From NCBI GenBank assembly GCA_964036045.1, contig OZ038378.1, forward strand, positions 198,772,001-198,836,000: 64,000 nt of DNA, read 5' to 3'. Shown here in pieces: positions 25,093 to 36,710 of this stretch. Each line of letters begins with the position of its first letter. Position 1 is the first letter of the stretch. The DNA is from Eutreptiella sp. 'Long Island Sound 2002'. Its lineage: Eukaryota; Protista; Euglenida. The position numbers and the translations under genes are program-made. The notes under the pieces were generated by a model that was given only the letters and a program-made list of their open reading frames with translations, did no database searches and was not told the DNA's origin.

Positions 25093-25194
25093 GTCCCCCA
25101 ACGCACTCCTGTCTAGCACTCACGGCCACTCTGCCAATGGGTTGGGAGTTGTGCATAACAAACGATGACATTCCCTTCTATGTGGACCATGAGG
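25093..25194 (+). other. Orphan exon-like segment encoding the first part of a WW domain
   Basis: TLPMGWELCITNDDIPFYVDH fits LPxGWE...YVDH. Bounded by gtgtgcag| and G|GTTATG (phase 1-1). No partner exons identified. Confidence 0.4.
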
Positions 25195-26884
25195 GTTATG
25201 CTGTGTATTGTCATGTTCGGAGGGGGTGGGCGATGTCAAAGTGTGTTCCATGGTATGTGTTGCGCGCAAACATGCCCTTGTGTAAACATTGCAGCTCAGT
25301 GTTTCTGCACTTTTACTGAGCCTGGCTTGTGTTCGCGCAAGGGGGGGGGTAAGGTACTCATACGAGAACGATTCTGTATCAATGGTGACCATTGGTCTGG
25401 CTTAGAGCAAGATTTCAATCTGTGGTTCAAGTGCACACTGAAAAGCTTGGCTTCCGTGTCTCTTGTCTTGAGGAAATTCAATCGTGTTTCAACAAAAGGT
25501 GCTTCGATACACCTTTTGTAGCAATTCAACAACACAAGTTGCGAGCCCCCAGCCCCCCAGAAAATGGCACTACATCCTGTTTATTGATAAACCCAAGTGT
25601 TAACGTCAGAAAGCATTGGAGTTCTTCGCCCCCCATGCTTTGCTATGAGGGGCGGCATTACAAACCCGCAAGCGATTGCCAGTGGGTAGCTGGGTATTCA
25701 ATGCACAAGACAAAATTGGGAAAGATTGCTGCATGTGTGGAACGATGGCGCACAGCCAATGGGTGGCATATGCATCAAACCCCTAGGGTGCACAGCGATC
25801 CAGCATCTTCAACATGAGATGACTCATGCACAGGACCGTTGGCTTGCAGTGCAATGCAAGAGCATTTTTTTCGGGCGCAGGTGCGCAGAGCTGTAGTATT
25901 CTGTGGTTCAGATTGTGGTGACAGTGGTTCTCCAGAAAAGCCAAGAAGTCTCAGCACATGTGCTGTGGCTGGCAATCTTCATGCAGCGCACACAGTGCAT
26001 AGTTTTGTTGTTGGCAAATATGTGAACCCTAGTTTGGCCCTTTTGTACAGTTTTTTTTTTGTGTAAAACGAGCTTGATTCTATTGATGGCATGTATTACA
26101 TTGGATTTTGTGTGAAAACGGGTATAGAAAGGGTGTTGGGTCACAGTTGAGGGGACCGGCAGACACAGTATTCACACAGCTGCTTTGATTCGTCCTTGCT
26201 TCGTGAGCTGGCAAAAATTGATGTGGCGGGTACACGGGTTGAGTTACCTCTACTGCTGTTTGGGTAACTCCCCCTTTCCCCTTTGAGCGTATTGTTGGAT
26301 TGACCAGCCACCAGTGCCAAAACATTGCCATGCTGCCATGCATGTACCAGTGCAAACAACTAGTCTGGAGCGAGGTGGCAGCAGTATGCAGACAGCAGGC
26401 AGTTTGCAATTGCAAAGCAGCGTCACACAAGGATCCACTAGGAGTACTACTACTCGTCGATATTCTGCATGTGTTGTTTCTACACTTGGATTTAAGAACG
26501 AATGTGTAGACATTGAGTCCCCAGAGGCGGCCGGTTCGGACGGGCATCACCTGCATAAAGCCTGTGGCTCTGGTTGCAGCAGCTGCACATACATTAGGCA
26601 CTTGCGCCCACGAGTGCCTGTTTGTTCATAGTGATCAACATGTGCAGTGCTGCAGTACAAAACAAAAGCATAATCGCAGAGAAATGCGGTCCGTCAGAAC
26701 TGACCGCCATTAAGCCCCATAACCGTCACTTGTAGCACAGCTGAAGGCTTTGACCAGGGTTTTGCGGTGGACGCGGGCTGGCGGTCAAACGGCCGTAGCT
26801 GATTGTCGACCGACGCCGCTTGGCCCTGAGCGGACGGCCATTGTTGGTCTGCCAGTGCTCTATTGCCTCCGGGCCGAGACCGGC

Positions 26885-26932
26885 AGCTTCTTTCTTTCAT
26901 TAAGGACTGCCCTGTTCATTCGTGCCATACAG
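26885..26932 (+). promoter_or_regulatory. Candidate SL trans-splice acceptor of the SDR gene
   Basis: CTTCTTTCTTTC tract, then AGs at 26903-04 and 26931-32; the latter is 12 nt before the ATG. Confidence 0.45.
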
Positions 26933-26944
26933 ACCGCCTTGCGG

Positions 26945-27301
26945 ATGGCAGACGGTGCTCTCGACTGGGGCTTCACTGAGGAGGAGCTGAACAGCTGTCT
27001 GAAAGTGGTGGGCGTCTTGCGGGAGAAGCCTCAGCTGTTGTTCGAGGACGAGCGCATTCATGCCACCGAACTGTACCGCTACATCAACCCCCGGAAGGAG
27101 TTCAAGAAAGCCGTCAAGAACTTCGCTGCGGAACGAAACAAACATGGCAGAGCCCTAGCGAAGCAGAAAGACCAGGCCAGAGTGGCCAAGACTCAGATGC
27201 GCCGTGACCGAAATGCGGCCCTAGAGCGCATCTTGGCCGTGGAGCAGAGCGCCGTCCCCATGTTGGAGGATGCGGCCTCCTCCAGCACCAACGCGATGGA
27301 G
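26945..27301 (+). CDS. Atypical short-chain dehydrogenase/reductase (SDR), exon 1
   Basis: ATG 26945 (MADGALDWGFTEEELNSCLKVV...), coding-like composition, donor GAG|GTCGCC at 27302 (phase 0), compatible with the acceptor at 29954-29955. Confidence 0.8.
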
Positions 27302-28479
27302 GTCGCCAGGCCCTCCCCTGAATAACTGCTTGCCCCTCCGCTTGAGGTCCCCCGCGGACTTGGTACCGTTTCCCTCCTGGTTCCAATGAAGCCTGCGATT
27401 GCGTCCCCTGGAACACCCCTCCCCCCCCACCCCTAAGACAGGTTGGCCGATCGAGTGCCAGCACACTGCAAGCGTGTCCAGCCGCCTGTGGACCTCAACC
27501 CCCCCGTATAGTGACATGCAGGCTAGAGGTTTTGGCCGACAAAACACGGCCAGAAGAGGGTAACTAGGCAAACACAAGTGCTACCTGTACATAAGCTGAT
27601 GTGCTCGTGGACCCATCTTATCAATGGAACTGCCGAACATTGCTGCATATGCATACCAGGACGTGCATGTGTGGAGCGCTTTGTTGACCTGCTTGCGGCC
27701 CCCCACCCCCCGTTGCCCAAGCCAGCATACCCAACATTTGATAGCCCAATACGGGTGCACTGAAGGCGACATTCAGTGCTGGTTTTGGAAGAGCGATGGC
27801 CGTATGGCCTCTGTCACGGGGGTCATAATATTATGTCAGCTCAGTACCCTTTGCTTCGCGGCCCCCTGGCAAGCACTGCCCTGGCGCAAGCACCAGGACC
27901 GGGTGAACCCGTCGTTTCCTGTGCCGTTGGTGGTGCCTGCGCAAGGGGGGGGGGGGGGACTAAGGCCTGTTTGGCGGCTTTCGACTCTTGCCTCTGATCA
28001 AACGTTTGCCTCCCTTTTCCATGGGTGGGTGCCCCGTGGGCATTGCAGATGCCACGCTGTCATAGGGGTGTGTGCTCTGATGAGGGACGAGAGGACACCT
28101 CCGAGGGCAGTCAAAGGGCAGGGCCCCCGCCGAAGGGACAACCGCCACGATATGACGCTTTCGTCAGGGACGTTGTGTCCAGCAGCAGAGGCGCAGAGAG
28201 GTGCATCGGGTGGGGCATGGGGGCGTGCACTGCCCGCTCCACGCGCAGCCCGTCTCCTGCACTCATTACGGCGTGGGGCGTTTGGTGGGTGGGGGAGTGT
28301 AGCGCAGGACATGTAATGTCTTAAGGCACGGCGACTTTGGGAGGGCTTTGTGATCATAAGCTACCGCCACTTACACCCCTTGCCCACGTCCCCGGGGGGG
28401 TGGCCCGGGTTAGGGTTGGGGTCACCGAGCTGGTGGAACCAGTCTTGGTTTTATAACCCTCTTTAGTGTCTAGGGTAGA

Positions 28480-29750
28480 CCTAACAGATTTAGCAAGCAG
28501 CAAGCAGCAAGCAAGCAAGCAAGCAGCAAGCACACGCGAAATGGGGAAAAATCACAGCTCCGTCGTGGTGCTTCGGATTCAGCCAAAATTGTGGTGGATG
28601 CTACCTATGGTTGTGAGGGACAACCACACAAAGTATGAGCCAGAAACTCAACGGTGGCGGCCGGGAACGTGCGTCGCAAGTACCGGACCTCCATTTCAAA
28701 ATCTGCAATTTAGGGCCAAAATCAGCCTTTTTTTTTGTTGCCCAAAACCACCCTAGAACCTGCTGAAAACGGCCAAAAGAAGGGAAATAGTGGCTACTCT
28801 ACACATGCAGCTAGACTTCCCCGTGTTGATGGGCCCTCTAGGGCCCTCTAACTCCACAATATGTTCCGCAAAACGCCCCCAAAAGGCCCCCAAAATCCCC
28901 AGTATTTGTGCACATTGGCCGCCGACAGCCCCAAACCAAAAATAGACCATATCTTGGGCTATGTGGCTCAAAAAGCGATTTCGAGCGCACCTAATCCACC
29001 CGCAACCACCCACTTTTGGTGGTTTCCACCCCTCAAAATTGCCCTAACCGACGCCTAGACCCCCGGCTGCGGCAAGCAGCAAGAGGTAGCCCAAAGAGGT
29101 GGGTGCCAAAATGGGTCAACAAGGTCCACCCGGTGCAAAAGAAAGATTTTTTTCAAAAATGATCCTGGACCACATGGAATGCCAAAACAAGTGTTTTTGG
29201 CGCGTTTTGAGCTCGTGGTGGCCTGTTTTGGCCGTCCTAAAATCCCAAAATGCCTTAAAAATGGGCTGTTTTGCGACCAAAAATGGGTCAAAAATGGGTC
29301 AGAAATGTGTTTTTCCAAAAATGATCCTAGACCATTTGGGGTGCACAAACAAGTGAAATGAGCCATTTTTGAGCCCATGGCAAGCCATTTTGGCCACTCC
29401 AAAGTCACAAAATGCCTTGAAAATGGGCTGTTTTGGGACCAAAAGTCAGCCAAAAATCGATCAAAAATGTGTTTTTCCAAAGATACTTTTGGATTATTTG
29501 GGGTGCACAAGTGGAATGAGCCCATTTTGAGCCCATGTTGAGCAATTTTGGCCCCTCTCAAGGCCGAAAGGGCCTTGAAAATTCAGCCAATTTGGGACGA
29601 CAAATGGCTCAAAAACAGGTCAAAACCATGGTTTTCCAAAACTGATCCTAGTCTAGTTGTGTTGCACAAACAGATGAATACAGCTCTTTCTGAGCCCCTT
29701 TTAAGCCGCTCTCATCCACTTTCCAGTGTGTACCTCATTTGTCGTTGAAG
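28480..29750. repeat. Interspersed element with internal ~120-bp direct repeats
   Basis: AAAATGCCTTRAAAATGGGCTGTTTTG.GACCAAAA...TTTTCCAAAAATGATCCTAGACCATTTGGGGTGCAC repeated 3-4 times. A reverse-complement fragment occurs at 63580-63680. Confidence 0.85.
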
Positions 29751-29955
29751 TCTCCTAGACGATGTTCCTTCCCCCACCAGCTCGGTCCCAATATTCAATC
29801 CTGGTTAGGGTAAGGGTAAGGGTTCGGGTCCGCATACCCATCTGTTCGCCCCCCGCCAACAGCCCCCCTCCCCGATACCACCCCAGTTTTCGACGGATGG
29901 TGGGTCGCATCGGGACCGGTTGTAGCCGCCCCCCCCGTGGCCCACGTCGTATCAG

Positions 29956-30162
29956 GTCTCCGTGGACCAAGCCCCAGCGCAGCCAACTGAGCCCCAAGTC
30001 TGCGACGGTGTGGCAGACATCGAGTGTGACGATGCCGACATGACTTTGGAGACGAAACGCATCAAGTGCCACATCTGCAAAGAGTGGTACAGCAAGCTGC
30101 ACTTCTTTTACTGTTCCCTTTGCCCCGACTGCAGTGAGCTGAACTGGAAGAAGCGGCATCAG
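29956..30162 (+). CDS. Atypical SDR, exon 2 (CxxC...CxxC Zn-finger-like segment)
   Basis: Acceptor tatcag|GTC. KCHICKEWYSKLHFFYCSLCPDCSELNWKKR. Donor CAG|GTCTGG at 30163, phase 0. Confidence 0.88.
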
Positions 30163-30189
30163 GTCTGGGATGCTTGGGCCTGCCTCCAT

Positions 30190-30565
30190 GGAAGTGACCT
30201 ATGCATTCCACAGGAGAGACTCGTGCATTGCACAGAGGAGGCTTGTGCGTTCCATAGAAAAGGCTTAGGCATTCCACGGAGCAGGCGTATGCATCCCACA
30301 GAGACGACTTGTGCATTTTGTGGAGAAGACTTGTGCAGTCCATGGAGAACAATCGTGCGTTCAATGTAGAAGAACTGTGTATTCCATGGAGAAGTTTTGT
30401 GCATTGGACCATTTGTATTCCATACAGCAGACTTGTGCTTTCCATGGAGGCAACTTGTCCATTCAATAGGACAAGACTTGTGCATTCCAATGGCGAAGAC
30501 TTGCGCATTCCATAGAGAAAGCTTGTGCATTCCATGGGGAAGATATGTGAACTGCACAGAAGAGA
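30190..30565. repeat. Degenerate ~22-23-bp minisatellite filling SDR intron 2
   Basis: GACTTGTGCATTCCATGGAGAA-like units, about 15 copies. Confidence 0.9.
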
Positions 30566-30626
30566 CGGCCTACGCAAGGTCCGTGGCGGCAAACAACGCC
30601 CCTGTACCCTCTTTGTCCGCCTGCAG

Positions 30627-31020
30627 ACGGCCGATCTAACGGGCAAGACCGTGTTGCTGACTGGCTCCCGCATCAAAATCGGGTACTACATCGCCCTGTC
30701 GCTGCTCCGCTCCGGGGCCACGCTGATTGCCACGTCCCGGTTCGTGGTGGACGCCGCCGCACGCTTCAAGAAGGAGGAGGACTACGGGCAGTGGGCCCCC
30801 CGGCTGCACCTCTACCGCCTGGACCTGCGGAACTTGGCCCTGGTCACCGCCTTCTGTGACCACGTCTGTGCGAAGTATGGGAGGCTCTTCGCGATCGTCA
30901 ACAACGCGGCGCAGACTGTGCGCCGCCCGCCGGCATACTACGACCCGCTGCTGCGCCGCGAGCACCTGGGCACCCCCGAGCCTCTCATGGCCCCGGATTG
31001 GACGCCCAACGGAGCCCCAG
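30627..31020 (+). CDS. Atypical SDR, exon 3 (Rossmann fold start)
   Basis: Acceptor ctgcag|ACG. DLTGKTVLLTGSRIKIG, LDLRNL and IVNNAAQTVRRP SDR motifs. Donor CAG|GTGTGG at 31021, phase 1. Confidence 0.93.
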
Positions 31021-32199
31021 GTGTGGTGATGTCGCAGTCTCACCCATGCAAAATGCTCCGCAGTGGCTTTGGACAGGCGATGTAAACATGTGATTCCCGA
31101 AACCCCAAACCAGTGCCTACATCCGGCAGCACCAAACGGCACACTTACACAGCCGTCATGGCGACCCCCCTCAATGCACTGCTCCCGCTTACAGCCCCCA
31201 GGGTTGCCCCGACGATGACTGTCAAGCAGCGTCCCCAGTAGCCACCCTTGCTTTACGAGCCCATGCCCAAAGGGTACAGCACGTGGAATATTGTCACGAG
31301 GATACGATCATTGCTGAACCTGCGGTCATTTGGTGCATTGGCATGCCCGACCCTCGGACAAGCACCACGACCAGTGTGTTCAGGGGAGCTCAGAGCAGCC
31401 GATACTGAAAAGCATCGGGGTGCCACAAAAGGGGTGAACCCCCACTGCCCCCTCTTTTTCGATTGCCTGTTTGTTGCACCAATTAGCACGGGGTCATGCC
31501 ACGGTGTCTTTGGAATAATTAACCCCCCCCCCCAGACCAAAGTGACTTGGGAAATCGTGTTGGGCCATTTTTGGTACACAAACTTTGGGGTTCGTGACCC
31601 CCCCCCCCCCCCCGCTCAATAGACGCCCTGGGTCATGCTATGTAGCACTCCCCCTCCCCCTTTCCCCTCCCCAGTGCCACCCCTCTTTCAGGGCGTCCTA
31701 AGGCGGACAGAGGTACCCACCCCACGGGCAGGCTCAGCCCCGCGGATGAGGCGAAATATACCCCGGCACCCAAGCGGCTTACCACCAGGGGACAGGCGCC
31801 CGATCCACGACGACCACCATGGGCCCGTCCCCGCGCCGCGCGGCAGCCACAACGGTTGCCCAGGCGTTTCCAAAACAACACCACAACATGCGGCAACACG
31901 CACCAGAAGTGGCACACTCCTGGAGGGCGGTCCCAAACCCCGCTGAAGGGAGCACCGTGAGCTTACACGGTGGGTAAGTAGTCGCTTGGGTAGCTGGGTG
32001 TCCAGTGCTGAGCCTGCATGCCACTGGAAGGAGGGCGTCCTCCGCCCAGCAACCTGACCCTGCAATGGTGCAACACGCCGCCAATGGGCCAGTGCATGTA
32101 TCCCGACCAACCACACGCGGCACTACGCGACGCCGCGACAGCGCACGGCAGAAAGGAGTGGTGTGCGCGCCGAGCTAAACCGCGAGCCCCGCATCACAC

Positions 32200-32860
32200 A
32201 CGCAGTGTGTAGCAGCAGCAGCAGCAGCAGCAGCAGGGTGCAGCGCCCCCATAGCCCCTTGATTGGTAACGGGGCGGGGGTAGGCTGCAGTGTGCAGCAG
32301 CACGAGTGTAGCAGCACTAAGACAGCTGCAGCAACTGCGACAGGTGTGCAGCAGCCGAAATGCTGCTGCTCACCAGCTGCAGGTGCAACTGCAGCACCAG
32401 AATGCAGCACCCCCACAGCCCCTCGATTGGTAACGGGGCCGGGGTGCTGCTGCAGTGTCCGCTGGTTACGGACTGCGACAGGGCTGATGCAGGAACTGCA
32501 GCACCAACTGCAGTGTGACTGCACCAGGCTGCAGACGACTGCAGACGACTGCAGCATGCTGCCGATGACTACCGCTGAGCGCAACCGGCTGCAGGTGAAT
32601 GGCTGTGGCCCAAGGGCAGTGGGCAGAGGAGGGCATCCTCCGTAGCCCCACCAGTGGCGAGGTAACCAGCAGGAGGGCGTTCTCCAAGCGGACCCGCCGC
32701 GAGGCACCCAGCGCGGGGAGGCACCAGGCCCTTGGCGTCAGGGAGCCCGGTTGCCCCACGCGCGGAAGCCAGGCCCAGAGCCACGACCTGGCCACGCAGC
32801 CACGCAGCAGCACTGAGACGGCTGAGCCCCAATAGTCCCTAGATTGGTAATGGGGCTGGG
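32200..32860. repeat. CAG/TGCAG-rich low-complexity tract with three copies of a ~40-bp motif
   Basis: CCCCCATAGCCCCTTGATTGGTAACGGGGC-like motif at ~32245, ~32408 and ~32827, amid GCA repeats. Confidence 0.8.
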
Positions 32861-33177
32861 GCACACCGCGTGGTGGCACATGCCCACCGCAAGGTGGCAC
32901 CACACAACGCAACACAGCGCGGAGCACAACGAGCGCCCGCGGGAGCACGGGGAGCGCACGGAACACACGGCGGCCGCACACACCACACATCACTCCGGGG
33001 GGGCGAAGGGTAACCCCCCTTGGGTGTACGCTGGCGGCGGCTCTCAACCGGCAAGGCCTGAGGCACACCTCAGGTATGCCAATAGCGTACGGCCCCTCAG
33101 AACGAGAACCAGAATCCCCCTTCCCCCTGCCTGTGCCCCCCCCCCACCCTCTGATCCTGTGTCCCCGATCGTTTCAG

Positions 33178-33624
33178 GGGAGCTGCACTATCTGTCTCCT
33201 GTGTTCAAGCTGGAGAGTGACCAGGCCCCCGCAAGGCCCCCGGACACAGACGGGGGCGGTAGCCCCGCCGCCCCCGCGGCCGCGGACTCAGACCGCCCGG
33301 AGGAGGTGCACAGTGCTCAGGCGGACCCACATGGGCCAACGGAACTCCCCGGGGGCGGGGCTGGAGGGGCCGGCCCCGCCGCCCTGCGTGCGGCCGATGC
33401 CGCGGGGTCGGGGGGCTGTGCCCTGAGCCGCATCGCCGGGTCGGAGGAGGCGTGGTACGATATGTACGACACGCTGCAGACGCGGCTGGACAAGCGGCCG
33501 GAGAACTCGTGGACGGCGAAGCTCGCGGACGTTCGGGGGGAGGAGGCCGCGGAGGTGCACGCCATCAATGCCCTGGCGCCGTTCATCCTGAACTCCCGCC
33601 TCAAGCCTCTGCTCGTGGCGCAAG
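33178..33624 (+). CDS. Atypical SDR, exon 4
   Basis: Acceptor gtttcag|GG (phase 1). Low-complexity insert followed by NSWTAKLADV...EVHAINALAPFILNSRLKPLL. Donor AAG|GTCCTC at 33625, phase 1. Confidence 0.9.
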
Positions 33625-34559
33625 GTCCTCCCCTGCCGCGCCCCTGTCGTGCACCCGCGACGCGCTCGCACGTGCACTGCGCTGAAACCGGGCCCGGACC
33701 TGTGGCCCCGGCCCATGGGGCCTCCGCAGTCCATCACCGTGTCACGAACGTACCCCCCGTGTCCAACGAACACTCCTGTTCGGATCGTATTTTGGGGTGA
33801 CCTGATTAATGAGGTAGTGAGGGACCTAATTAGGTACAGGGCTTCAGAACCGAGGTTTCAGGGTAAAGGAGTGGGGACTCCAACAAGGGCTTCTACTCTG
33901 AAAAGTGCCGATTGAAAGCCTCCATGGCATTGTGCTTTGAATGGGCTGGGTATCTTGTGCGTCGGGATGTGTTACAGCGTTTCGCAATATTGTCGCGCGC
34001 ACCGAACGGTGTGTCCAACGAACACTCCTGTTCGAACCGCATTTTTTCAGGACCTGATTGGTTGTTGGGGGGGGGGGGGGTACAATGGGCCGGTGCTGTG
34101 CGGGCGCTTCCCCGTGACTACGTGCCGGTCATGCGGTGTCCTTCTCTGCGCCTGGGACGCGTAGATGACGCGCCTGCCAGCGCGTACCCGGCCCCACTGT
34201 GCACCCACCACTGCGCTTGCGATGCGCCCACGCCAGCCCTTCTTCGCGGACACTTTGCACCAGGGCTGTCCTTAAAAAGCCAGATTTGTTTTTTTTTGCC
34301 AATTACACCCCTTAAGGACAGCCCGCAGGGACCACGAACCGCCAGCCGCCAACGCCAACCGCCACCAACCGCCAAGCACCAAGCGCCGCCAACCGCCGTC
34401 AACCGCCAACCGCCACCGATCTCCAACCGCCAACCGCCGAGAAGGGTCCATGACCATGAAGCAGACAACGTCCCCGTTCATGTTGGCGTTACGAAAGTCT
34501 TCCTTTTTCATCCTTCTGGACAGGCCTGCTCTGCACGTGCCCGCGGGTTCTGTTTGCAG

Positions 34560-34909
34560 GGGCCGACGAGCGGAAGTACATAATCAACGTCTCTGCGATG
34601 GAGGGGCAGTTTTACCGCTACAAGAACACGACGCACCCGCACACCAACATGGCGAAGGCGGCGCTGAACATGCTGACGCGGACCTCCGCGGCGGACTATG
34701 CGCAGAACAAGATCTACATGAACAGTGTGGACACGGGCTGGATCACCGACGAGAGTCCGCTGCCGAAGCAGAACCGCAAAATTGCAAAGGACCAGCTGTT
34801 CACTCCGTTGGACGAGCAGGACGCGGCGGCGCGCGTGCTGGACCTGATCTACACCCAGAGTGAGGTCTTTGGCAGGTTTTGGAAGGATTTCCAGATTATT
34901 CCATGGTAA
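34560..34909 (+). CDS. Atypical SDR, exon 5 (last)
   Basis: Acceptor tttgcag|GG. KYIINVSAMEGQFYRYKNTTHPHTNMAKAALNMLTRTSA...MNSVDTGWITDE...RFWKDFQIIPW, then TAA. The five exons sum to 1755 nt, an uninterrupted 584-aa frame. Confidence 0.95.
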
Positions 34910-35042
34910 ATGTGGCACCGTGTGTGTGTGTGTGCTTCTGTGTGTGTGTGTATGTGTGTGTTTTCCTGCTTGCAGGGGTGGACACGACAAGTGGACCGCC
35001 CCACCCGTTGGTGCCTTCTGACCGTGTACCTGCTGTACTACA

Positions 35043-35118
35043 GAAAGGCGCCTAGCCGCATGCTCTTCCACTCCATCTTCTACTTTCTTACGGCCTGACG
35101 AGATTCGTTAGCGACCAG
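35043..35118 (+). ncRNA. Hammerhead ribozyme core, type II permutation, unit 1 (acceptor-containing form)
   Basis: GAAA 35043-46; palindrome AGGCGCCT 35046-53; CUA cleavage triplet (after 35054); stem I GCCG 35055-58/CGGC 35091-94; CTGACGA-G 35095-35102. Preceded by CTGAC and a CAG acceptor (AG 35042-43). Confidence 0.7.
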
Positions 35119-35174
35119 TGCAGTGCTCTGTCTGTCTGCCTGTTCGTCTCGCTTCAATCGTGTGTGTGTGTGTG

Positions 35175-35199
35175 TTTCCGAGTGTCTAATTGTTTTTCG
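35175..35199 (+). other. Genomic relic of the euglenid spliced-leader exon
   Basis: TTTCCGAGTGTCTAATTGTTTTTCG versus the Euglena SL as I recall it (ACTTTCTGAGTGTCTATTTTTTTTCG): about 3 differences over the 3' 24-25 nt. Joined directly to AAAGGCGCC, where sibling copies have CAG|AAAGGCGCC. Confidence 0.85.
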
Positions 35200-35263
35200 A
35201 AAGGCGCCTCGCTGCAATGACAACCATGTTTTCTATGGGGGCCCGACGAGTTGTTTTGACCAG
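35199..35263 (+). ncRNA. Hammerhead core, unit 2 (SL-joined form, core mutated)
   Basis: C-GAAA 35198-35202, AGGCGCCT, CUC (after 35210), short stem GCT/GGC, inner stem CCAT/ATGG. The core reads CCGACGA (35243-49) instead of CTGACGA. Confidence 0.65.
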
Positions 35264-35878
35264 CCCGTCTGCGATCTTCAGTGGGTCGGTGTTCTTGGTC
35301 TCGTTCACTACAGTAGTGTTGTGTAGTGTGTGTCAGGCCTTTGCTTTGTGGCTGGTTGATACTATACCAAGGGGGGGGGGAGGGTCTGAGGATGGTGGGT
35401 GGGTTTTTGTCTGGGTTTTCCCCGATTTTGGGGAAAATGCAGGTACCCCCCCTAGGCGGGGGGGGTGTCCGCTTTTTTGGGTGGGTGGGTGGGTCGCTGA
35501 GCTTGGTAGACCTCCAAAGTCGTTCATGGGCCGAGGCACATTGTGCCACATGGGGATGCTGCCACTTTGTTCAGACCTGTTTTGCTTTACACTTTTTCAC
35601 TTCAGTCTGTACATGATCAGGGACTGTCAGTGACCAGTGGAAGTAGCACAGGTCAACCAAAAGAAGGGTGTGAGTACAAACCCTGTTGCGCACATTTTCA
35701 GCACCTGCTATGGAGTGGTCAACCTGAATTTGTTTCATCCGAAATTGCTCTGTGACCCCCCCCTCAGGGTATCCGGCAGGCGGGCGGGTGGGTCTGAGAG
35801 TGGGTGTGGGTGGGTCAGCCAACATCCTGGGAGGGCCAATTTAACCCCCCCCCCACACTATCACTAAGCAAAGGCCTG

Positions 35879-35915
<37 letters not shown>

Positions 35916-36634
35916 CTCCAGGAATTCTATGGGTCTGGGGAGGGCAGGAGGGGGTGTTACTGCACTTATGCACGCCAGCACTCCGTCGCACTCCGTCCAA
36001 CTGCAACGTACCGCAGGACGGCTGGGGCTGCTCTGCAGCTCCTGAGGGGGTTCCTCCATCCGGTTTTCTTGCGTTGTTCTTGTCTCGCAGTTCTCAACAT
36101 GTGTGTGTGTGTGTGTGTGTGTGTGCGTGCGTGAACAAAACAAGGTACGGTTAAGGCAGTTTACTGTATGAGTTACTCGATGCCTGTGAAGAAGTGCATC
36201 ATTCTTGCTAAAGTTCAAAGCTGGCTAAAGGAAAAGGCGGCATGGCGGGGAGGTGAGTACAGTTCGTGGGTAGGGCCACAGAATGCAGCGCTGCACTCAT
36301 ACTCCCCTGTCTGGAATGATGATTTTGCGGCGCTGGAGGTACTGCGTGGGGCCTGTTGTACACAGGCCGACTGTGTGCGTGTATCCCCCCGGTAACGGGT
36401 GGTATGAGTATTACTTGCTGATTTGAACCATTAGATTTAGTTGGTTGGGCTGGGAGAAGTACAGGGACCTGAGGTGAGGGCTCCAACACATTCCCGCAGC
36501 CAGATGCGGCGCTTAAATGTCATTTCACTCTGTCCTTCACAGGCCCTTGGCTTAGCGCTCAGCGCGGCTGCCGAGGGCTGAAGACGGTAGAGATCGGGTG
36601 CAGGATGTGCCTCTTCCTCTCACCCTGTACTGCA

Positions 36635-36710
36635 GAAAGGCGCCTAGTCGCTGATGGTCATGTCTTTTGTTTGACTGTTTGCGGCCTGACGAGAATCTAC
36701 TTACGACCAG
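36635..36710 (+). ncRNA. Hammerhead core, type II, unit 3 (acceptor-containing form)
   Basis: Pyrimidine tract + CAG (AG 36634-35); GAAA 36635-38; AGGCGCCT; CUA (after 36646); stem I GTCGC 36647-51/GCGGC 36681-85, inner GTCA/TGAC; CTGACGA-G 36686-93. Confidence 0.75.

Noticed and set aside
28070-28120. CTGATGAG...GAGG...GTC as another hammerhead
   Set aside because: GAGG instead of GAAA, and no stem I pairing.
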